Virus record (IMG/VR): IMGVR_UViG_3300020440_000023
Span: 1-47,677 of that record
Direction: 5' to 3' (one strand)
Length of the DNA stretch: 47,677 nt
Source: a virus
Lineage: Duplodnaviria; Caudoviricetes
The notes under the pieces are model-generated. The model searched no databases. It worked only from the letters and a program-made list of their open reading frames with translations, and was not told the origin of the DNA. Positions within the stretch are counted from its first letter, which is position 1; every line of letters starts with the position of its first letter. Position numbers and translations under genes: made by a program. Shown one piece after another: positions 9,252 through 16,276 of this stretch.

Positions 9252-10160
9252 ATGGTAGATAATAACTTCCCACCAAACATGGGACAGCAAGGTATTCCTA
9301 TGGGACAACCGCAAGGTAATCCATTAGCGAAGCACCTTAGACAACCAAAGATCTACATCAGATTGCCAAGCAACGGTGAATATTGGCCAGGTAAGTCTTT
9401 GGAAAAGACGGAAAATGGTGAATATCCAGTTTACGCAATGACAGCAAAGGATGAGATTACGTTTAAGACTCCCGATGCATTATTAAATGGACAAGCAACA
9501 GTTGATGTTATTCAGAGTTGTATGCCTAATATCAAAGACGCATGGCAAACACCTTCTATTGATTTAGATGTTATTCTAATTGCAATTAGACGAGCAAGTT
9601 TTGGCGAAAAGATGACAATGACTGCAACAGTGCCAAAAACATCAATTTCCAAAGACTACGAGCTAAGTTTACAAACTTTGTTTGACAACTACATGAGCAA
9701 AGAGTTTGTAGACACTTTTCAAATTGATGGTTTCAAAGTAAAGATACAACCTTTGAACTATAAAATTATTACTGAAGGAATGATCAAAGCATTTGAAGAA
9801 CAGAGAATTTTTGCTGTAATTGATAATGATGATCTTGGCAATGAAGAAAAACTAAAAAGATTTCAAACTAGTTTTGGAAAACTTACTGAGCTTAATGTTC
9901 AAACACTTGTAAGAAGTGTTATAGCTATTCAACCAGACGGTGAAAATGAAGCAGTTGTAAATCCAGCACATCTAAAAGAGTTTTTAGAAAATGTAGATGC
10001 AAAGGTTTTCAATCAAATCAAAGAACACATCGAAAAAGAAAAAGCTAAGTTCAATCAACAGCCTTTAGAAGTAGAAGCAACTGAAGAAGAAATCAAAGCA
10101 GGCGCAGATTCTACTTATCAAATCCCAATTACATTCGATCAAGGTAATTTTTTCGGCTAA
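9252..10160 (+). CDS. gp26-like baseplate hub / tail assembly chaperone
   Basis: Motifs P.IYI.LPS.G, MTAKDE, IDLD.IL.AIR.AS.GE and C-terminal FF resemble T4-type gp26 assembly proteins; AGGAG SD. Confidence 0.7.
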   Translation: MVDNNFPPNMGQQGIPMGQPQGNPLAKHLRQPKIYIRLPSNGEYWPGKSLEKTENGEYPVYAMTAKDEITFKTPDALLNGQATVDVIQSCMPNIKDAWQTPSIDLDVILIAIRRASFGEKMTMTATVPKTSISKDYELSLQTLFDNYMSKEFVDTFQIDGFKVKIQPLNYKIITEGMIKAFEEQRIFAVIDNDDLGNEEKLKRFQTSFGKLTELNVQTLVRSVIAIQPDGENEAVVNPAHLKEFLENVDAKVFNQIKEHIEKEKAKFNQQPLEVEATEEEIKAGADSTYQIPITFDQGNFFG

Positions 10161-10208
10161 GGATCTTAACGTGGAGCCTCGAAAAAATCCAAAACGAGGT
10201 TAAGGTCC
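10148..10208 (+). promoter_or_regulatory. putative -1 programmed ribosomal frameshift signal
   Basis: In-frame heptamer T TTT TTC (10148-10154), 6-nt spacer, stem GGATCTTAAC (10161-10170) / GTTAAGGTCC (10199-10208). Confidence 0.7.
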
Positions 10209-10384
10209 TAGAAGATGAGGTCAAGCAAATCAAAAATGAGATGATAAGAATCTCTTGGTGGATGCGTGGCGGTATTCAAATCAACGACTGTTATGAATTA
10301 GATAGAGATGATAGAGCTATTATCTCAGAACTTATCAAAGAAAATATGGAATCTGCTAAAAAGTCAGGTATGCCTTTTTGGTAA
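10154..10384 (+). CDS. unannotated -1 frame ORF (gp51-like position); probable frameshift extension of the gp26-like protein
   Basis: Stop-free frame RLRILTWSLEKIQNEVKVLEDEVKQIKNEMIRISWWMRGGIQINDCYELDRDDRAIISELIKENMESAKKSGMPFW*; first ATG only at 10241; fills the gap to the next gene. Confidence 0.75.
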   Translation, partial: RLRILTWSLEKIQNEVKVLEDEVKQIKNEMIRISWWMRGGIQINDCYELDRDDRAIISELIKENMESAKKSGMPFW

Positions 10385-10386
10385 GT

Positions 10387-11118
10387 TTATGCTTTTTGCT
10401 TTTGCTTCTTAGGCTCTTTTACTGTCCACCCCAAAGACCTTAAAAATTTTACTGCACTATCAACGTCCATTGTAGGTGTTGCCATTGCTTTAGCATCTAC
10501 TTTAGAACTAGATCCTTTAGCTGTATCAGCAGGAGCATCGCCGTAGCTACTTTTAGATAGTCTGTTGCCCATCTGCTTTTGAAAGCCTTGCTGTACAAAA
10601 CGTTTGATAATTTTCTTTGCTTCTCCACTTGATAATTTTAAATCAAGTTCCATAAGTCTTGCTTCACTGTACATACTTTCAATACCTGGAAGATTAGGTT
10701 GATCTGGAGTAAGTCCTGTTGGCTCAGGAGAAAGTTTTTTCTTTAGGTTGCTAGCCGCTTGTTGGACCTTGCCTGCTCCGGACTTAGTCTTTTTAACAAT
10801 ATTTTTACCTGCTTTAGCCGCTTTTCTACCTAGACCGGAGTCTTTCTTAAGATACCGTATCACTGCCATAGGATCGCTTACAAAACCTTTTGCTTTTAGA
10901 AAGTTAGCAAGTCCTTTAGCAGTCATACCGCCCATTTTAGGATCTTGTTTACTTACAGCAACAAAGTCTTTGTATATACTAGACACTTCTTTGTCTAGTT
11001 CAACATCTAGCTGTGCGGCTTTGCCCATAGCTGTGTTTTTTCCTAGTGTTCTTTTCAAAAATCTAACAGGACCTTCGTCAACCTGCTTAGATTCTGTTAA
11101 AACGTCGTATACTTTCAT
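10387..11118 (-). CDS. basic Lys-rich late protein, possible internal head protein
   Basis: 243 aa; GGGAG SD; perfect TATAAATA upstream; N-terminus MKVYDVLTES..VDEG contains L/V-x-E sites. Confidence 0.7.
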   Translation of the reverse strand: MKVYDVLTESKQVDEGPVRFLKRTLGKNTAMGKAAQLDVELDKEVSSIYKDFVAVSKQDPKMGGMTAKGLANFLKAKGFVSDPMAVIRYLKKDSGLGRKAAKAGKNIVKKTKSGAGKVQQAASNLKKKLSPEPTGLTPDQPNLPGIESMYSEARLMELDLKLSSGEAKKIIKRFVQQGFQKQMGNRLSKSSYGDAPADTAKGSSSKVDAKAMATPTMDVDSAVKFLRSLGWTVKEPKKQKQKA

Positions 11119-11139
11119 AGTTAGTCTCCCGATTAATTA

Positions 11140-11147
11140 TATTTATA
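11140..11147 (-). promoter_or_regulatory. T4-type late promoter TATAAATA
   Basis: Exact consensus on the minus strand, 21 nt upstream of the ATG at 11118. Confidence 0.8.
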
Positions 11148-11182
11148 CTTTTGAATTGATAATTACATATTAAATATCTATT

Positions 11183-11368
11183 ATGATCACAAGATATAGA
11201 ATAATTGATAGCTCCGATAACGAAATCGAAGTTCTAAATACCATAGAAGAAGCAGTTCAGTATATTGACACTATGCGTGAAACACAACCGCATTTAGAAC
11301 TTAGATATGAAACTTTCGAAATTAGCCTTGTAAAACCAGGATTTGGAAGAGATCCTGAATTACACTAA
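11183..11368 (+). CDS. hypothetical protein (61 aa)
   Basis: ATG-started ORF in an otherwise empty interval; TAAATA at 11171-11176. Confidence 0.65.
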   Translation: MITRYRIIDSSDNEIEVLNTIEEAVQYIDTMRETQPHLELRYETFEISLVKPGFGRDPELH

Positions 11369-11379
11369 ATAATCATCAG

Positions 11380-11451
11380 ATGTGCGATCCATACGTGTAC
11401 TTTATTATTATAACTGTAGCATTGTTGTGGATTGTTTATAAAAGTAATTAG
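11380..11451 (+). CDS. putative 23-aa membrane peptide MCDPYVYFIIITVALLWIVYKSN
   Basis: Manual translation ATG 11380 to TAG 11451; one hydrophobic stretch; TAAATA at 11366-11371. Confidence 0.45.
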   Translation: MCDPYVYFIIITVALLWIVYKSN

Positions 11452-11887
11452 AAATGAGCTAAAGCTCATTTAGTTTTCGCTAACGCTCAAACTTAGCACT
11501 TCGTTTGTGATAGAAGTAATTACTTGAATTAAAGCAATATCACGTAAGTGATATTGTAATTGCTTCATGTAGATTGTTTCAGTCAGACGGAACCTAACAG
11601 CGGTTCCATCTAATCTTGGTCTTCATGTGAGTTCGTCACAGCCGAGATTCGGAAGTAGGTGTTTGACTATGCTACATGGGCTCTGACCTTTCCCAACCTA
11701 CGTCGACATCACGAAAAAATTTGCAAAACCGCTTTACCGCTTCGCGGATTTTTTCGCTATCCCCCGCTTCGTTCCCTTGCGTGGGGTTTTCGTAGCATAC
11801 AGCCTGTTGGACTCGCTAGTTCTGAACATGTGGCCATGTCCTCAAAGCGGATCGAGCTATCTCGATCAAACAGTGTCCTTATATTGC
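11452..11887. ncRNA. large structured non-coding element (ncRNA or structured DNA site), family not recognised
   Basis: GC-enriched, no credible ORF, at least 9 helices including long-range and crossing pairings (see findings). Confidence 0.6.
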
Positions 11888-12310
11888 CTATAATGTTTTT
11901 AAGTGTTCTTTAAGAATCTTTGAACCGCCTACACGCACATTGATAATTCCATTGTAATAATCATCATTTTCTAGTACTCTACGTTCAAATTGTTCTCTAG
12001 CCTCTAGGTAACTTGCAATGCCTCTGCTTGGACAGTAATGTAATATTTCTCTAGTGAATTTGTCTTCGCCTAGTTGTGCAACATCCGCAATCAATCTGTC
12101 TGAAGATCCCCAATAGTCTCTCCAGTCTGACTCTTTTGTTCCACGTCTTTTGTTTTTTTTGCCTTTAAGCGGTGGCTTAGTTGTCTTGAATTTTGCTAGT
12201 TTCTTGCCTACGTACTTCATGCCATTGACTTTATTTGTTATCAAGTAGACAAATGCTTCTACACCTTCGGGTATTTCATCCACATTTTCACCTTGATAAG
12301 TCCATTGCAT
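11888..12310 (-). CDS. stand-alone GIY-YIG nuclease (T4 endonuclease II / Seg-like catalytic domain)
   Basis: AFVYLITN...KYVGKK (GIY-YIG hairpin), W..YWGSS, F.REIL, conserved Glu in YLEARE, YYN; 140 aa with no appended DNA-binding domain. Confidence 0.85.
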   Translation of the reverse strand: MQWTYQGENVDEIPEGVEAFVYLITNKVNGMKYVGKKLAKFKTTKPPLKGKKNKRRGTKESDWRDYWGSSDRLIADVAQLGEDKFTREILHYCPSRGIASYLEAREQFERRVLENDDYYNGIINVRVGGSKILKEHLKTL

Positions 12311-12328
12311 ATTGGTACTTACCGTTGC

Positions 12329-12529
12329 CTATGTATCTGGGGTCTCTTTCTTGGAATTGTGTTTATAATGTATCTCGTCCATACGTTCTTTTGCTAGTGA
12401 TCTTATTTCTCTCAACCACTTTCTGCTTTCGCGATGCGTTCGCACAGAGTTGCGAGCCTCAAATTTCTCGTTTGCCTTAAAATATGCCATATAAGCCTTG
12501 GTCAATTTATCATGCGTATCGTCATTCAT
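12329..12529 (-). CDS. hypothetical helical protein (66 aa)
   Basis: Overlaps the gp46 stop by 8 nt (translational coupling). Confidence 0.7.
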   Translation of the reverse strand: MNDDTHDKLTKAYMAYFKANEKFEARNSVRTHRESRKWLREIRSLAKERMDEIHYKHNSKKETPDT

Positions 12530-14297
12530 TGTGTATTTCTACATCGTTCTCGTATGATGTAAACCCATTTTCCTTTATAACTTTGAGAACGTGTGTTACT
12601 CTTCCTACTAGTTCGTCTTTGTGTGATATAAGATATACGTTTTTATCTCTCTCACGACCCATTTTCTTGAGAATACCTAGTGAATTCTCAACTCCGCTTG
12701 TATCCATACCACTATCAATTAGCTCATCAATGAATAACAAGTTGATATTTTGATATAAACTCTCCCAAACATCGCGGAATGCAAAGCTCATACCAAGTAT
12801 TAGTCTATTACGCTCACCTCTTGATAGATTATCAAAGTCTAAATCTTGTCCTAATTGTGTAATTTCTACAGCAAGGTCATTTTGGAATACAACTTGATGT
12901 GGTAATCCTAGTTTGTCAAGATAATGCGTAAGTCTGTTGTTTAGATATGCTAAGTTTTGATCAATAATCTTTTTACGTATAAAACTATCTTTGTTAGTAA
13001 GCAGTTTTAACATAAAGTCTTGATGTTCTTTGTAACTTGTAAGATCGTTTACTGTACTCCAATCAATCTCTTGTATCGCACTATTCTTTAGGTCGTCAAT
13101 TTGTTCTTGATATGGATCTACTTCTGTTTTAGTGCGTTCAAGTGCTTCCTGTAGTTGTGCGACATTTTGTTTATGATCATAAACTTCTTTTATAGTTTCA
13201 TAGAATGTAGTAGGCTTACCATTGATATCTCCAATTTCTTCTAATGCTTGTGTAACATCAACTACTTTATCACCTACTTCTTTTTGATATGCTTTTGCAT
13301 CTTCAAGTTCTTTATTTTTTTTGACTGCTAGTTCTTCTTTTTTATCGTCGTGTAGTGCTTGTCCACATGTATGACAAGTACCTTGATCTAAATTTTCTGA
13401 GTCTTTTTGTGCTTTTTCTACAGAATTGTCTGCACGTACTAATGCAGGCTCAAGTGTACTTAATTCCTTTTTAAGAGCCAAAATGGCATTGTTTTGTTCA
13501 GACCAAGTTGACAGTTTTTCGTGCTTATCTAATTCATCTTCTACATCTAAATGTTCTAATTCGTCAATTGAACGTTCTAGTTTTGCTATATCTTCTTTTT
13601 GTTTTGTAGACCAAGCACTTTGTTTTGTTTGCAAACTACGTATTGTTTCGCCAATACGCTCGTTGCTTGTTTCAATAGCATTAATACGGGCTGTTTCGTC
13701 TGTAATTGCTTCTCTTGTTTGTCTAAGTTTGTCTTTAAGCACCTCAGCTTTTTCACTAAGGATAGTAATACCAAGTAACTGCTCAATAATATCCTTTTGA
13801 TCATTTACTCGCATACTCAAGAAAGGTTCTGTATATGTGTTTAGTGCCACAACATGTTTGAACATGTTATGTGACATACCTAATAGATCAATAATATCTT
13901 CTTGAGTCTTGCGTGAATCGCCTTGCGACTCATCTAGCATCTCTTGCTCTTGTCCATCTACATAAAACTTAAGAAGATTAGGTCCTCTACCTCTTTCAAT
14001 CTTATATTCTCTACCATCTTTTTCAAAAGTGAGAGTAACTAACATACCTTTGTTGTTAGTTTTGTTAATAAGGTTGTTGCGTTTGATGTTTGTTAGTGCA
14101 AGTCCGTATAATGCGTAACTTAACGCATTTACAATAGTAGTTTTACCTGTACCATTACGTGATCCGCTGTCGTCACCGCCTTGGTCAAGGTTTTCTCCTA
14201 GTACAAGTGTTAGTTGTTGCTTGTCAAAATCAACTGCTTGGGTTTGATTGCCCACACTCATAAAATTCTTAACAGTTAAACTTTTAATTTTAATCAT
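12522..14297 (-). CDS. gp46: recombination endonuclease ATPase subunit (gp46 / SbcC / Rad50)
   Basis: KNFMSVGN, Walker A NGTGKTT, coiled coil with zinc hook CHTC, signature LSRGE, Walker B LLFIDE, ISH switch. Confidence 0.95.
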   Translation of the reverse strand: MIKIKSLTVKNFMSVGNQTQAVDFDKQQLTLVLGENLDQGGDDSGSRNGTGKTTIVNALSYALYGLALTNIKRNNLINKTNNKGMLVTLTFEKDGREYKIERGRGPNLLKFYVDGQEQEMLDESQGDSRKTQEDIIDLLGMSHNMFKHVVALNTYTEPFLSMRVNDQKDIIEQLLGITILSEKAEVLKDKLRQTREAITDETARINAIETSNERIGETIRSLQTKQSAWSTKQKEDIAKLERSIDELEHLDVEDELDKHEKLSTWSEQNNAILALKKELSTLEPALVRADNSVEKAQKDSENLDQGTCHTCGQALHDDKKEELAVKKNKELEDAKAYQKEVGDKVVDVTQALEEIGDINGKPTTFYETIKEVYDHKQNVAQLQEALERTKTEVDPYQEQIDDLKNSAIQEIDWSTVNDLTSYKEHQDFMLKLLTNKDSFIRKKIIDQNLAYLNNRLTHYLDKLGLPHQVVFQNDLAVEITQLGQDLDFDNLSRGERNRLILGMSFAFRDVWESLYQNINLLFIDELIDSGMDTSGVENSLGILKKMGRERDKNVYLISHKDELVGRVTHVLKVIKENGFTSYENDVEIHNE

Positions 14298-15304
14298 AGT
14301 TCGTCATAGATTCCTAATAGCATTTTCTTATTGTAGTTTTCTGTGTCCAATGCAGTAATTTCCTTTGTAACAATTTCATCTACACTTTCAAATTGTGTAA
14401 TGTCAATGTCGGTGTGTATTTCCTCATCTTTTTGACTTGGAATAAGTGTAATTTCTCTACAATCATAATCATTAATAAATGTTTCTTTGATAAAACTTGC
14501 TTCTTCATAACTAATAGGTAAGTCAAGTGTTACTCTAAGATACATTTTAGATTTAAGTAGTTTGTCTTTGTCATCTAATAGTTGACTTAGTTTCACTGTT
14601 CTATACTTAGGACAGTCTGGCCAATCAATGTATTGTGGTTCTTTGTTATTTTCTTTGTCAAGAATCATCATACCACGTTTGTCATCCCATGCATCTGCAT
14701 AATTGTGTGGAAATGCGTTACCCATATAATGGATTGATCCTTGTACTTGACGTTTGTGAAAGTGTCCAGAGAACACGTATTCTTGATGCTTGAAGTGTTC
14801 TGCTTTTAGTTCTCCATGATCAGGCATTTGTACCATGGCATTCATATAGAAACTAGGCAATTCAAAATGACCAAACATATATCTTGCTTTGATGTTACTA
14901 ATTTTTTTCCACTCATCACCTACTAGCCATGGGACTAGTGCAACATCATCTATTTCTAATATTTCATCTACGTATGTAATACCAGGAATATGTTTACCAA
15001 ACTCGAGGCTGTATAAATCACGTTTGTCTTTGTAATATAAATCGTGGTTACCTGCAAAGAAATAAAACTTTTCAAATGCCGCACCTAGTTTTTCAAGACA
15101 CCTAGTTGTGCTATCAAGTGTTTGCACATTAATAGTATTTCTGTTGTGATGCCAATCACCACAAAAGATACCGGTCTCACAACCGTTTTCTTTAGCTTGT
15201 TCTATAAACCAATCTACAAAGTCTTCACAATCTTGTAGATGTAGCCTACTGTTAGACTTCAACCCAAGGTGAATATCTGTAAATACTGCCGCTTTCTTAA
15301 ACAT
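14294..15304 (-). CDS. gp47: recombination endonuclease nuclease subunit (gp47 / SbcD / Mre11)
   Basis: Metallophosphoesterase motifs DIH, GD, GNHD, GHFE, SGHFH; ATGA overlap with gp46. Confidence 0.95.
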   Translation of the reverse strand: MFKKAAVFTDIHLGLKSNSRLHLQDCEDFVDWFIEQAKENGCETGIFCGDWHHNRNTINVQTLDSTTRCLEKLGAAFEKFYFFAGNHDLYYKDKRDLYSLEFGKHIPGITYVDEILEIDDVALVPWLVGDEWKKISNIKARYMFGHFELPSFYMNAMVQMPDHGELKAEHFKHQEYVFSGHFHKRQVQGSIHYMGNAFPHNYADAWDDKRGMMILDKENNKEPQYIDWPDCPKYRTVKLSQLLDDKDKLLKSKMYLRVTLDLPISYEEASFIKETFINDYDCREITLIPSQKDEEIHTDIDITQFESVDEIVTKEITALDTENYNKKMLLGIYDEL

Positions 15305-15323
15305 TCGTACTCCTGTTTTATAT

Positions 15324-15352
15324 AGTATACTTGAAAAAGTTACCTAAGTCAA
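15324..15352 (-). promoter_or_regulatory. sigma70-type promoter for gp47-gp46
   Basis: TTGACT (15352-15347), 17 nt, TATACT (15329-15324), followed by AGGAG SD. Confidence 0.75.
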
Positions 15353-15359
15353 GTATTTT

Positions 15360-16196
15360 TTACTTCTTTTGGATAGATTCCTTGGCTTCTTGGGTTTTTA
15401 CACGATCCCATTCAGTTGATGCTTGTCTAGTGTAACTAGGATTCATATTGTTCATTTCTAATATGTCATCTCTGATGTTTTGATTGCGTTTTTCTATGTT
15501 AATAACTCTTACAAAAGAATTTGTAACTGCCGCAGTATAATAAGCGAACGGATTATTAGACTTTGACTCGTCGAACTGAAGTCCGATTTGAGCAAGCTGT
15601 AGTATTGCTTGTCCTCTCATTTCGTCATTGTATGTGTATCCACGTACATTTCCTCTTGTTGCATAACGATCGCACAATTTCATCCACATCAATGCAAGTT
15701 TGTTAGTGGCTTTGCCGTGATCTTTATTAAAGAAACCGTTTTCCATACCACCTTCCCAATGGCTTTTTCCTACACAAATAAGCTCATCATTTTCATCAAA
15801 CTTAAAATGTTGAAAAGGAGGAAAGTTTAACTTTACTCTATAATCAGCAGGAGTTTTAGGATTCTTTTTACGGCCTGGTTCTTCTGGTATGTGATCAAAA
15901 GTCATAATTCTAAAGATCAATTCGTCTTTTTGTATCTTTCTGTAGTCAATTTCGAATTCAGCTAATTTTACTCTTTTGCCTTCTGACTTGGCTTGTTCAA
16001 AGTTTTGTTGTTGTAGCCTTTTGGCTTTATTGCGTTTTGCTTCTGCAATAGTCCTAATATTGATTTTATCAATGCTAGGCAAAATGATATCATATTGTCC
16101 ATACTCGTTGTCTGTGTAACTACAAAATGTAGCCTTTGACTTGTGTATTTCTTTTAAAATATCCTTGTTGTTTAGATAATTTACACGTTTATTCAT
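15360..16196 (-). CDS. gp55: late-transcription sigma factor (gp55 family)
   Basis: YLNNKD N-terminus; RGYTYNDEM, FDESKSNNPFAYYT, F.R.I..EKR; upstream of gp47/46 as in T4-like phages. Confidence 0.88.
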   Translation of the reverse strand: MNKRVNYLNNKDILKEIHKSKATFCSYTDNEYGQYDIILPSIDKINIRTIAEAKRNKAKRLQQQNFEQAKSEGKRVKLAEFEIDYRKIQKDELIFRIMTFDHIPEEPGRKKNPKTPADYRVKLNFPPFQHFKFDENDELICVGKSHWEGGMENGFFNKDHGKATNKLALMWMKLCDRYATRGNVRGYTYNDEMRGQAILQLAQIGLQFDESKSNNPFAYYTAAVTNSFVRVINIEKRNQNIRDDILEMNNMNPSYTRQASTEWDRVKTQEAKESIQKK

Positions 16197-16218
16197 ATTT
16201 TCTCCGATTATTTGTTAT

Positions 16219-16247
16219 ATTATAAACTACTCTGATAATTTTGTCAA
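16219..16247 (-). promoter_or_regulatory. perfect-consensus sigma70 promoter for gp55
   Basis: TTGACA (16247-16242), 17 nt, TATAAT (16224-16219). Confidence 0.88.
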
Positions 16248-16248
16248 C

Positions 16249-16254
16249 TAAATA
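16249..16254 (+). promoter_or_regulatory. late promoter core TAAATA for the baseplate operon
   Basis: TAAATA followed by AGGAG SD and ATG at 16277. Confidence 0.7.
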
Positions 16255-16276
16255 ATGTATATAGGAGACAATTAAT

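Noticed and set aside
11452-11887. Group I intron hosting the GIY-YIG gene
   Set aside because: GTTCAGAACTAG on the minus strand loosely resembles the R element, but I could not find convincing P/Q/S elements and no flanking gene is interrupted. Not formally excluded without a covariance-model search.
11452-11887. tRNA, tmRNA, RNase P RNA or CRISPR array
   Set aside because: No cloverleaf or T-loop/CCA pattern, no recognisable conserved boxes, and no regularly spaced direct repeats.
11659-11913. 84-aa plus-strand ORF in the ORF track
   Set aside because: Non-ATG start, no SD, atypical composition, overlaps the GIY-YIG 3' end antisense; better explained as a by-product of the GC-richer structured element.
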